The notes below the pieces were generated by a model. It did no database searches. It saw only the letters and a program-made list of their open reading frames with translations, and was not told where the DNA came from. Below, piece after piece: positions 1 to 8,168 of a DNA stretch of 64,000 nt (positions are counted from its first letter, which is position 1; every line of letters begins with the position of its first letter). This stretch comes from Thermoanaerobaculia bacterium (GTDB taxonomy: Bacteria; Acidobacteriota; Thermoanaerobaculia; UBA5066; Gp7-AA6). The position numbers and the translations under genes are program-made. The stretch lies in contig JBBDKM010000057.1 of assembly GCA_040879385.1 (NCBI GenBank), positions 4,838 through 68,837 of the forward strand, in the 5' to 3' direction.

Positions 1-621
1 CGGCTTCCGGCCCATCGTCTCGAAGAAGACCTTCCGCGCCAGCGTGTACCCGTTGGTCTGCAGGCCGACCGACGGGAGCCCCACGGCCACATCCCCGGCC
101 GCGATCCGCGAGCCGTCGAGGATCCGGTCGCGCTCGACGACGCCGACGATCGTGCCGGCCACGTCGTACTCGCCGGCCGCGTAGAACCCCGGCATCTCGG
201 CCGTCTCCCCGCCGAGAAGCGCCGTCGCGTTCTCCCGGCACGCGCGCGCGATCCCCTCGATCACGCTCTCGATGACGCCCGGCTCGACTTTCCCCGTCGC
301 GATGTAATCGAGGAAGAACAGCGGCTTCGCGCCCTGGACCAGGATGTCGTTGACGCAATGGTTCACGAGGTCCGCGCCGCACGTGTCGTGGCGGCCCATC
401 TCGAACGCCACCTTCAGCTTGGTCCCGACGCCGTCGGTGGAGGCGACGAGCACGGGCTCCCGGTACTTCGAGAAGTCCGGCCGGAACAGGCCCCCAAAGC
501 CGCCGACGTCGCCGAGCACGCCCGGCGTGAACGTCGAGCGGATGGCCGACTTCGCGCGAGCGAGCGCGGTGGCCTTCGCGTCGATGTCGACACCGGCTGC
601 CGCGTAGCGGGAGTCCTTCAA
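1..621 (-). CDS. purM: Phosphoribosylformylglycinamidine cyclo-ligase (AIR synthase), 3' end runs off the window
   Basis: Minus-strand translation (TTG)[30 protein letters not shown]...[10 protein letters not shown]...[24 protein letters not shown]...[11 protein letters not shown] matches PurM along its length. An in-frame stop lies immediately upstream of a TTG start at 621. Absent from the ORF track because it is open at the window edge. Confidence 0.88.
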   Translation of the reverse strand, partial: MKDSRYAAAGVDIDAKATALARAKSAIRSTFTPGVLGDVGGFGGLFRPDFSKYREPVLVASTDGVGTKLKVAFEMGRHDTCGADLVNHCVNDILVQGAKPLFFLDYIATGKVEPGVIESVIEGIARACRENATALLGGETAEMPGFYAAGEYDVAGTIVGVVERDRILDGSRIAAGDVAVGLPSVGLQTNGYTLARKVFFETMGRKP

Positions 622-1071
622 GGCGTCCGATTATAGCCAGCGCGCCGCAGGATGACGCCCGCCGGCGTTTCGGCCGCCGGCTCGTAGCCGCGGCGGCACC
701 AATCCGCGAGCACGACCCCGCCGCCTCGTCGAACCACTCGATGATGTGGTGCAGATAGGGCGAAGCTGGGCGGAGGTCAAACAGCACATCCACGGCGCAG
801 ATCTCGGGCAGCACGAGCGCCCGCTCACCCGGGCGAAGCTCCCGCGCGAGAACCTCGAAGAACTGCGCCTGCGGGCCGTTCAAGAATACCTTGCCTCCAC
901 GGGTTGCGACGGGCCCCGCGCGATGGGAAACGCATTGTCTTGATGCCGGTCCAGGCGTACGGGACGGGCAGGCCCGTCGCCGCGAGGAAGTACGGCGACA
1001 GGCCCACAGGCCGACGGCCGTCGTGACTAGGATAAAAAGGAGCTGCGGGACCCGGTCGCGAGCCGGCAGCT

Positions 1072-2007
1072 TCATGGCGTTTCCGGCGACCCGTCCCCCG
1101 GCTTCCGGGCGATCGCGTAGACATTTCCGAGGGGCACTGACAGCGACACGCGTCCCAGGGCCCCGCCCCCGAGCAGCGCGAGAAGCGGCCCCTTCAGGAA
1201 TCCTGCCAGGGGAAGCAGCCGGAAGAGATAGCGCAGAGAATAGCGATTCCAAGCTGCCGCCACACGCTCCACCCGAAAGCCGCGCCGCTCGAAGAGTCGC
1301 CGGAGCGTCTGCGGCCCGAAGAGGTAAGTGTGCTCGACGTCCACGATCGGGCTCTCTTCCCCGAGCAAGCGCGCGGAGACGGCGTCTACATTGTGGTTCA
1401 GGCAGAGGACCAGGCCGCCGGATTTCAGCATCGTGAAGCATTCATCGAGCGCGGCCGCCGGGTCCGGAAGGTGATCGAGGACCTGGAAGAGACAGACGAC
1501 ATCGAAGCTCTCGGCTGGAAAGAGCCCAGGCCGGATGACGCCGACGAGGATGCGCGCGCGGATTGCCGCGTTGGCCCGCGCGACGGCCTCCGAGCTCGGC
1601 TCGACGCCGTGCGCGTCCGCGTACCCCTGGCGCAGAGCCTCCTCGAGAAAGAACCCGTTACCGCAGCCGATCTCGAGCAGAGACCCACGCCGCGCCCCGA
1701 AACGCTCGAGATCTCTCAGGTATCCGCCGTAGGTCGCTGCCAGGTTCTCGACTTCGTCTCCGTAGTCGAACGTGCTCCGCTCGTAAATCCGCGCGATCCC
1801 CTCGGGGTCGGCGGCCGGGTCCGAGCGAACCAGGCCGCACGAAAGGCATCTCACGAGCCGGTAGTGCATGCCGTCCGGCAAGCGGCGGGCCGAAAAGACC
1901 TCCGTGCTGAAGGCGTCGGGGGCGAGGCGCGCGGAATAGATCTCGGAGGCGTTGCCCAGGCTCCCGCAGATCGCGCAGCGGGTGGGCGCGAGCGCCGCGT
2001 CGGTCAT
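1072..2007 (-). CDS. Class I SAM-dependent methyltransferase with N-terminal Cys4 zinc-ribbon
   Basis: MTDAALAPTRCAICGS...CLSCG zinc ribbon, then LLEIGCGNGFF (motif I) and VVCLFQVLDHLPDP (motif II/III). ATG at 2007 overlaps the GT2 stop (ATGA). The 417-aa track ORF is an upstream over-extension. Confidence 0.8.
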   Translation of the reverse strand: MTDAALAPTRCAICGSLGNASEIYSARLAPDAFSTEVFSARRLPDGMHYRLVRCLSCGLVRSDPAADPEGIARIYERSTFDYGDEVENLAATYGGYLRDLERFGARRGSLLEIGCGNGFFLEEALRQGYADAHGVEPSSEAVARANAAIRARILVGVIRPGLFPAESFDVVCLFQVLDHLPDPAAALDECFTMLKSGGLVLCLNHNVDAVSARLLGEESPIVDVEHTYLFGPQTLRRLFERRGFRVERVAAAWNRYSLRYLFRLLPLAGFLKGPLLALLGGGALGRVSLSVPLGNVYAIARKPGDGSPETP

Positions 2008-2978
2008 TCCCGGGAGTCCGGCGTCTTTCCCGCGGGGGCGTTCCAGATGCTTTCCACGACGTAGGGCGGGCGCCGCTTGACCTCGTCGTAGATGTGCATC
2101 AGATAGGACCCGATGATGGAGAGGGACAGAAGCTGAATGCCGCCCAGAAACAGCATCAGGACGATGAGCGTTGTGAACCCGAGCGGCACGAGCTGCGGCG
2201 CGAAGATCCGCACGAGCACCTGTGCGACGATGGCGAGCAGCGAAGCGACGACGATCACGAAAGCCAGCACGTTGATGAAGTCGAGGGGAACGTAGGAGAA
2301 GGACAGGATCGCCTTCCGCGCCCACCCGATATTACGAAGCAGCGAGTTGGTCGACCGGCCGAACATCCGCTCGGGCCGCGTGTAGGGCACCCCCGTCTGC
2401 TCGAAGCCGGCCCAGGCTCGCAGGCCCCGGACGAACCGGTTGTTTTCCGGCAGGGCGTTCAGGACATCCACGACCCTTCGGTCGATCAGCGCGAAGTCTC
2501 CCGCATCGAGAGGCACGTTGACGTAGGAGACCGCCCGGAAGGCCCGGTAGAAGGCCTTGTACGCGGCATTCCAGAGCGCGCTCGCCTGCCGCCGGGTCCG
2601 AACGCCGTAGACGACGTCGAAGCCCTCGCGCCACTTCGCAAAAAACGCCGGGATCAGCTCGGGAGGGTCCTGCAGGTCGCCGTCGAGCAGGACGACGGCG
2701 TTGCCCGTCGCGATCCGCATTCCGCTGGTGAAGGCGTTCTGCGAGCCGAAGGAACGGGCATGGTTGACGACGACGACGCGGGGGTCGCGCGAGGCGAGAT
2801 CCTTGAGCACAGCCCGGGCATCGTCCGGGCTGCCGTCATTGACGAAGATGACCTCGTACTCCACTCCGAGGCCAGCGAAAACCGTCCGGAGGCGCTCGTA
2901 CATGATCGGAACGGCCGGCGCGTCCCGGTAACAGGCGATGACCGCGCTCAGTTTCGCGGACGCGGGCCGGGAGCTCAT
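2004..2978 (-). CDS. Family-2 glycosyltransferase, polyprenyl-phosphate sugar transferase (GtrB/ArnC/DPM1-like) with two C-terminal TM helices
   Basis: LSAVIACYRD...VIFVNDGSPDD...LLDGDLQDPPE (DXD region) and a C-terminal hydrophobic pair FVIVVASLLAIVAQVL / LIVLMLFLGGIQLLSLSIIGSY typical of the DPM1/ArnC/GtrB subfamily. ATG at 2978 overlaps the epimerase stop. Confidence 0.85.
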   Translation of the reverse strand: MSSRPASAKLSAVIACYRDAPAVPIMYERLRTVFAGLGVEYEVIFVNDGSPDDARAVLKDLASRDPRVVVVNHARSFGSQNAFTSGMRIATGNAVVLLDGDLQDPPELIPAFFAKWREGFDVVYGVRTRRQASALWNAAYKAFYRAFRAVSYVNVPLDAGDFALIDRRVVDVLNALPENNRFVRGLRAWAGFEQTGVPYTRPERMFGRSTNSLLRNIGWARKAILSFSYVPLDFINVLAFVIVVASLLAIVAQVLVRIFAPQLVPLGFTTLIVLMLFLGGIQLLSLSIIGSYLMHIYDEVKRRPPYVVESIWNAPAGKTPDSRE

Positions 2979-3982
2979 CGGCCGGCCGCGGCGGTTCGCG
3001 CCGTCTCGTTCGCGCGGCACCATTCGACCATGCGCCGAAAACCCTCCTCGAAGGTGTGCGCCGGGCGCCAGCCGAGATCGCGCTGGATCTTCCGCGCGTC
3101 GGCAACCCAGGTGCTCGTGTCCCACCGCCGATCCGGCATGGAGCCCCATTCGGGCTCGCACGTCAGGCCGAGCGCCCGGCGGGCAATCTCGACGGCCTCG
3201 CGGATCGACGTCTGCGTTCCCGTTCCCACGTTGTAGATCGCCCCGGCCTCGCCTCCCGGCGGGCGGGCCGCGGCCAGGAGATAGGCCCGGCACACGTCCT
3301 CGACCGACACATAGTCGCGCGCGATTTCCGGGTGGACGAGCGGGGGCAGCTTTCCGGCCAGTCCGCATCGGATCAGTGTCGGAATCAGCCGCCCCGGGTC
3401 CTCGTAGGGCCCGTAGACGGAGTAGAGGCGCAGCGTCGTGACGGCGAAGCCTTTGTTCTGCGCGACCCAGCGGCAATACATCGTCGCCGACGCCTTGGTG
3501 AGAGCGTACTCGCTGTTGGGCTCGAGCCAATCGTCTTCGGCCGGAGCGTGATCCTTGCAGCCGTATTCCGACGAGGATCCCGTGTTGACGACGCTCTCGA
3601 CGCCGGCCGCCTGGCAGGCCTGCAACAGATGCATCGTGCCGAGAACGTTGGTCTGTACCATCCGCTCGGCCGACTCCTGCCACGAGTAGGCTCCGTACAC
3701 GGCGCAGTGAAAGACCCGTTCGGGCCTCGCCTGGGCGACGACGCACTCGACGGATTCGCGGTCGCGGAGGTCTCCCTCGTAAATCCGCGCGTCGTCCCGG
3801 ATCGAGTCGATTCTCCACGTCTGATCGTGGCGGTGGGCCAGCAGGTGGACCTCGAAGCCCTCCCGCAGAAGGTGGCGCGCCAGGTTGGCGCCCACGAAAC
3901 CGGTGGCGCCCGTCACGAGCGCCCGCTTCGCGCTACTCACAGCGCTCGGCCACCTGGAGGTAGACCGCGCAGCCCGCCGCAT
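2975..3982 (-). CDS. NAD-dependent sugar epimerase/dehydratase (SDR family)
   Basis: ALVTGATGFVGANLARHLL (Rossmann GxxGxxG) and YALTKASATMY (catalytic YxxxK). Start is ATG 3982 or GTG 3940; either overlaps the upstream methyltransferase stop. Confidence 0.85.
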   Translation of the reverse strand: MRRAARSTSRWPSAVSSAKRALVTGATGFVGANLARHLLREGFEVHLLAHRHDQTWRIDSIRDDARIYEGDLRDRESVECVVAQARPERVFHCAVYGAYSWQESAERMVQTNVLGTMHLLQACQAAGVESVVNTGSSSEYGCKDHAPAEDDWLEPNSEYALTKASATMYCRWVAQNKGFAVTTLRLYSVYGPYEDPGRLIPTLIRCGLAGKLPPLVHPEIARDYVSVEDVCRAYLLAAARPPGGEAGAIYNVGTGTQTSIREAVEIARRALGLTCEPEWGSMPDRRWDTSTWVADARKIQRDLGWRPAHTFEEGFRRMVEWCRANETARTAAAGR

Positions 3983-4658
3983 TCAGGACGGGTGCGCGCT
4001 CGAGCGCGAGCTCGATCGACTTGAGGGCCCTGGCCAGCCAATCGGGGCAGAAGAAAGGCACGAGACCGACGTAGACCCTCGCGCGCACGACGCCGCCCAG
4101 CTCTCGCACCCACCGGTCGAGCACCGCCGGCGCGTAGGACTTCTCTCCGTGCTCCCGGTGATAGCGGGACAGTTTCTCGATGCACTTGAGCACGGGATTG
4201 TAGCCGTTGGGCTCGAGCACGATCAGGACCGGTGCCAGCCGGAAGGCTTCGCGCAGAACGTCCACCGGCCGCTCGAGGTGGTGGAGAACCCCTCGCAGAT
4301 GGGCGATGTCGAAGCTGCGATCCGGCAGGGGCACGGTGTAGGCGTCGTGCGCGGCGAACGTGATCGGCCGGCCCGCGATCTTCTGCCGGGCGACGGCGAT
4401 CGCCTCGCGAGCGGGATCGAACCCGTACATGCTTGCCGGCCGCCCCGCTTCGAACAGGTCGATGGTGTAGGTGCCGTCGCCGCACCCGACGTCGAGGATC
4501 CGCTTTCCCGTAAAGTCGGCGGCGGCCAGGGCCGCTTCGGTGAGCCTGCGGTTGGCGAGCTTGCTACTGAGCCTCGCGTTCGTCGTGTAGAGGTAGCCGC
4601 GGTTGTGGGTCGCGTCCCGATCGAACGCATCGACCGTGACGGCCGGCCGGCGGGTCAC
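3933..4658 (-). CDS. Class I SAM-dependent methyltransferase
   Basis: ILDVGCGDGTYT motif I and DIAHLRGVLHHLERP. GTG at 4658 overlaps the transketolase-C stop (GTGA). Forms the C-terminal third of the spurious 564-aa track ORF. Confidence 0.75.
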   Translation of the reverse strand: MTRRPAVTVDAFDRDATHNRGYLYTTNARLSSKLANRRLTEAALAAADFTGKRILDVGCGDGTYTIDLFEAGRPASMYGFDPAREAIAVARQKIAGRPITFAAHDAYTVPLPDRSFDIAHLRGVLHHLERPVDVLREAFRLAPVLIVLEPNGYNPVLKCIEKLSRYHREHGEKSYAPAVLDRWVRELGGVVRARVYVGLVPFFCPDWLARALKSIELALERAPVLNAAGCAVYLQVAERCE

Positions 4659-5584
4659 CCGGCGACCATTTGCAACGTCTGCAGGGCCGTGGCGACGATC
4701 GATTCCCTGGAAAGGCCGTGCACCCGCTGCATGTATTCCTGCCCTCCAAAGGGCGCACTCGGGACCGTCCGGACTCCGCACCGCACCAAGCGGCACGGCA
4801 GCCGGTGCTCGGCGATGATCTCCGCCACGAGCGAGCCCAGGCCCCCGGTCACGCAATGCGCCTCGACGGTGATCGCGAGCGGAACGCGAGAAAGCTCCGC
4901 GACGAGGTCCTCGACGGGCGGCGGGGTCACGCTGGCGACGACGACGGCCGAGCACGAAACGCCCTGGCGGGCCAGGTCGTCGGCCGCTGCCGCGGCCTCG
5001 CTCGAAATCGCGCCCATCGCAATGAGCGCCAGGTCGCTGCCCTCGCGAATCCGCTGCGCCCGGCCGATTGCAAAGCGACCCCCCAGTCCCGGGACCGTCG
5101 TCTCGTCGTCCTTTCCGATGCGGTAATAGACGGGACCCGGAAGGTCCCAGGTGGCCCGGAACGCGGAGCGCGCCTGCTCGTGATCGGCCGGTGCCAGACA
5201 GGTGATGCCTGGCTGGGCGCGCATCAGCGCCACGTCCTCCAGGCCATAGTGCGTCGGGCCGGCGTGGCCGTACTCGAATCCCCCACCCACGCCGACGATG
5301 CGTACCGGCAACTGGTGAAAGATCGGCCCGTTGCGAATGAACTCGTAAGGACGCAGCGACGCAAAAGTCGCGATGGAGTAGACAAACGGCAGAAACCCGG
5401 CTTCGGCCAGGCCGGTCGCTACCCCCACCATGTTCTGCTCCGCGACACCGACGTTGAAAAAACGATCGGGGAAGCGGTCGGCAAACGGCTCGAGCACGCT
5501 GTAGCCCAGATCTCCGGTCAAAAGGAGCACGCGCCGATCCGCCTCGGCCAACTCCAGGAGCGTCCGAACGAACGCGGCTCTCAC
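4655..5584 (-). CDS. Transketolase, C-terminal (pyrimidine-binding) subunit of a split transketolase
   Basis: MRAAFVRTLLELAEAD...FNVGVAEQNMVGVATGLAEAGFLPFVYSIATF...GPTHYGLEDVALMRAQPG match the Pyr and C-terminal domains of the two-subunit transketolase family. Confidence 0.9.
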   Translation of the reverse strand: MRAAFVRTLLELAEADRRVLLLTGDLGYSVLEPFADRFPDRFFNVGVAEQNMVGVATGLAEAGFLPFVYSIATFASLRPYEFIRNGPIFHQLPVRIVGVGGGFEYGHAGPTHYGLEDVALMRAQPGITCLAPADHEQARSAFRATWDLPGPVYYRIGKDDETTVPGLGGRFAIGRAQRIREGSDLALIAMGAISSEAAAAADDLARQGVSCSAVVVASVTPPPVEDLVAELSRVPLAITVEAHCVTGGLGSLVAEIIAEHRLPCRLVRCGVRTVPSAPFGGQEYMQRVHGLSRESIVATALQTLQMVAG

Positions 5585-6405
5585 GACGCTTCCTCGACCT
5601 CGCGGAGGGCTTGCCGGAACTCGTCATCGGACATCGGCCAATAGTGCCACTTGATCTTTCCTTCCATGAAGGACACGCCCTTGCCGAATCGCGTGCGGGC
5701 GACGAGGACGTGCGGCGAGCCGGCCGGATCGAGCCGGTCGACCGTTTCCGCGAGGGCCGCGACGTCGTGCCCGTCGACCTCGTGCACGTCCCAGCCGAAG
5801 GCCCTCCAGCGAGGCGCCATGGGCGTCAGGGACAAGACGTCCTCGGTGTACCCGAAGGCCTGCTGGCCGTTCAAGTCCACGATTGCAACGAGGTTGCCGA
5901 GGCGGTGATGCGCGGCGAACATGACCGCTTCCCACAGCGAGCCCTCGTTGCATTCGGCGTCGCTCACGAGGACGAAGACTCGTCGGGAAGACCCCTGCAG
6001 CCGGGCGGCCAGCGCGGCCCCGGCGCCGATGGAGAGGCCGTGTCCGAGCGACCCGGTCGAGAACTCCACGCCGGGCAGGGTGTGCTCCGGATGGACGCCC
6101 ACGTCGCTGCCGTCCGCGCAGAACGTGTCGAGGGCTTCGGCGGTCAGCCAGTCCTTGAGCCGGAGTGCGGCGTACAGCGCGAGAGCGGCGTGTCCCTTCG
6201 AGAGGATGAAGCGGTCGCGCTCGGGATCGGCCGGACCGTCTCCCCGGAGGATCCCACCGTAGAGCGCGGCGACGATGTCGGCGATGGACAGGGCGGACCC
6301 GATGTGCCCGACATGCGCTCTCTTGGACTGCTCCAGAACAATGCGACGGATCTGCCGCGGCGAGAGGGTTCCCTTCTGCACGTTCGGTTGCTTCGATCTT
6401 AACAT
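5581..6405 (-). CDS. Transketolase, N-terminal (ThDP-binding) subunit
   Basis: GHIGSALSIADIVAALY...SKGHAALALYAAL...GSLGHGLSIGAGAAL...VSDAECNEGSLWEA (ThDP/Mg motif). Start taken at internal ATG 6405 (MLRSKQ...). Overlaps the C-subunit start by 4 nt. Confidence 0.9.
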   Translation of the reverse strand: MLRSKQPNVQKGTLSPRQIRRIVLEQSKRAHVGHIGSALSIADIVAALYGGILRGDGPADPERDRFILSKGHAALALYAALRLKDWLTAEALDTFCADGSDVGVHPEHTLPGVEFSTGSLGHGLSIGAGAALAARLQGSSRRVFVLVSDAECNEGSLWEAVMFAAHHRLGNLVAIVDLNGQQAFGYTEDVLSLTPMAPRWRAFGWDVHEVDGHDVAALAETVDRLDPAGSPHVLVARTRFGKGVSFMEGKIKWHYWPMSDDEFRQALREVEEAS

Positions 6406-6416
6406 GCGGCCGACAT

Positions 6417-8168
6417 TCAACGGCTCGGCAACGAAGAGACGGGCGTTTCCCTCGGACGAAAAATCGCACCGCCGCGCAGGTTCGCGACGGGGCGGTAACG
6501 ACTCTCGATCCATGCCGCGAGCCGCAGACCGAAGCCCCGTCCAAACTGCTCGACGCCGAACTCCTGCGCCGGCCGGTCGAAAATGACGATGACGTCCGGA
6601 GGCCGCGTTTCAAACCGTCGAATCAGCACCTCCTCCGCGTGGGCGTCCAGCCAGCCCGGCATGTGGCCAAGAAAAGGCGAGGCGTCGTGGACGCCGAACA
6701 GGACATCGAGGCCGCTGGTCTCCGGGAGAAAGAGCGCTCGCTCCCCGGGACGCAGCTCCTGTCCGATTCGGGCGTAGAGGTTTCCGAGGCGCCTGTCCGG
6801 AAAGATGTCGCCCCGCAGCGTCGCAACAGGGACCCTGCCTTCCTCTCTCAAGCTTTCAATCCCATTGGCCGCCCAATACCAGGCCATGGGAAGCAGAACG
6901 AGCGTCCACACCAATCGGGCCCAGCGGGCGGAGGAGGAACCCCCCGGAAGCCGATCGGGAACCAGACACAGCAGGAGGAGGAGCCAGGTCAGACAGGTCG
7001 CAAAGTGGGACACACCACTGTATGGGCTGGCGAGGTCCCGGGAAACGGCCGTGCGCAGAGCGACGAGGCCCGCGAAGAGACCGAAACCGATGAAAAAGTC
7101 GCGTCCGGGCCTCCTCTTGTCGAACCAGGCGAGGAGCACGACCGCAAAAGCCGCCGTCATCGACAGACAGATCGGGTGGACCTGCGGCAGGAGACTGCGG
7201 CCCCGAAACAGATCCGCCGTACAGAGAAGCGCCAGCGGACCCAGGGTCAGCCACCAGCGTTTCTTGCTCTTCTCCCGCGCGAGGCACAGCCCGGCCAGAG
7301 ACACGAGGAGGATCAGCTTCGACAGCTCCCACGCCGAATTGAACAGGGCTTCGCGCCAGTCTACCGTGGCGAAGCCCGCGACCTTTCGGGACAGCAGCCG
7401 CCATTCCGGTGGCATCGACGCCATCGGCCAGAGGTGGCTGTCCTGCCTCAGAGAATCCAGGGAAGCGCCGGCGCCGAGCACGATGACCACTCCGAGGGAA
7501 GCTGCGGCGGAAAAGCCGACGAGACAGCGGAACACCCACGCCACACCTTTCTTGCCGTCCGTGACCAGAGGAGCGCAGAGCCCGAGGATCGCCGCCAGCC
7601 CGATCTCCTGCTTCGCGCACAACGCCAGCCCCGCCAGGATCCCTGCCGCGTACGCGCGCCAGAGCCCGCGTTCGCGCGATGGCATGAGCAGAAAGGCCCC
7701 GATGGAGAAGCAGAGCGCATGAACGGCCGCAGGACTGTACGGGAGGATCATTCGCGCCGGCCGAGGCGCGAGCACCGACAAACCGACGATGAGCCCGACG
7801 AGCGCGAGCCGATCCAGGCGAGAAAGAAACGGCCGGGCCGCAGCCAGGAGGAGAAGCCCGGCGACAATCGCGGGAATCCAGTTGGCGAGGAGATACCAGG
7901 TCAGCGAGAACCCGAAGGGCTTTCCCGTGGCTGAGAACAGGAGTGGCGAGAGCGGCCCGTACTGAATATAGAGGTCCCGATACAACCGCTCCCCTTGCGC
8001 CATCCGCTGAGCGAACGACAACCAGACTCCCGGATCACCCGTCGTGTCGAGCCATCGTCCTCCGGCCCAAATCCCGGCCGCCGAGGTAGCGGCCAGAAAC
8101 GTCAGCTCGACGCTCCAGTCGCGCAGCCACTCGAGGGCCCGACGCGCCCTGCCGGGCTGTTCGCTCAA
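6417..8168 (-). CDS. Polytopic membrane protein, putative GT-C-fold glycosyltransferase with C-terminal soluble domain (paralog 1)
   Basis: More than 10 predicted TM helices. First loop GERLYRDLYIQYGPLSPLLFSA. C-terminal domain VIVIFDRPAQEFGVEQFGRGFG...AAWIESRY. TTG start overlaps the paralog-2 stop (TTGA). Family assignment is an inference from topology and operon context. Confidence 0.5.
   Translation of the reverse strand: MSEQPGRARRALEWLRDWSVELTFLAATSAAGIWAGGRWLDTTGDPGVWLSFAQRMAQGERLYRDLYIQYGPLSPLLFSATGKPFGFSLTWYLLANWIPAIVAGLLLLAAARPFLSRLDRLALVGLIVGLSVLAPRPARMILPYSPAAVHALCFSIGAFLLMPSRERGLWRAYAAGILAGLALCAKQEIGLAAILGLCAPLVTDGKKGVAWVFRCLVGFSAAASLGVVIVLGAGASLDSLRQDSHLWPMASMPPEWRLLSRKVAGFATVDWREALFNSAWELSKLILLVSLAGLCLAREKSKKRWWLTLGPLALLCTADLFRGRSLLPQVHPICLSMTAAFAVVLLAWFDKRRPGRDFFIGFGLFAGLVALRTAVSRDLASPYSGVSHFATCLTWLLLLLCLVPDRLPGGSSSARWARLVWTLVLLPMAWYWAANGIESLREEGRVPVATLRGDIFPDRRLGNLYARIGQELRPGERALFLPETSGLDVLFGVHDASPFLGHMPGWLDAHAEEVLIRRFETRPPDVIVIFDRPAQEFGVEQFGRGFGLRLAAWIESRYRPVANLRGGAIFRPRETPVSSLPSR

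Noticed and set aside
3885-5126. 413-aa plus-strand ORF and similar long antisense ORFs (for example 8234..9985+, 9988..11418+, 11503..13092+, 12912..14222-, 15414..16448-, 17726..19153+, 19371..20693-, 26936..27931+, 30033..31829-, 36588..38273+, 39751..41265+, 42048..43859-, 46177..47943-, 46797..48428+, 50467..51393-, 53456..56029+, 61284..63416-)
   Set aside because: These are Arg/Gly/Pro/Asp-rich low-complexity translations antisense or out of frame to genes with clear homology. They are typical high-GC artefacts.
3933-5627. 564-aa minus ORF
   Set aside because: Only the last ~240 aa (methyltransferase) are real. The rest overlaps the transketolase C-subunit in another frame and is R/G/P-rich junk.
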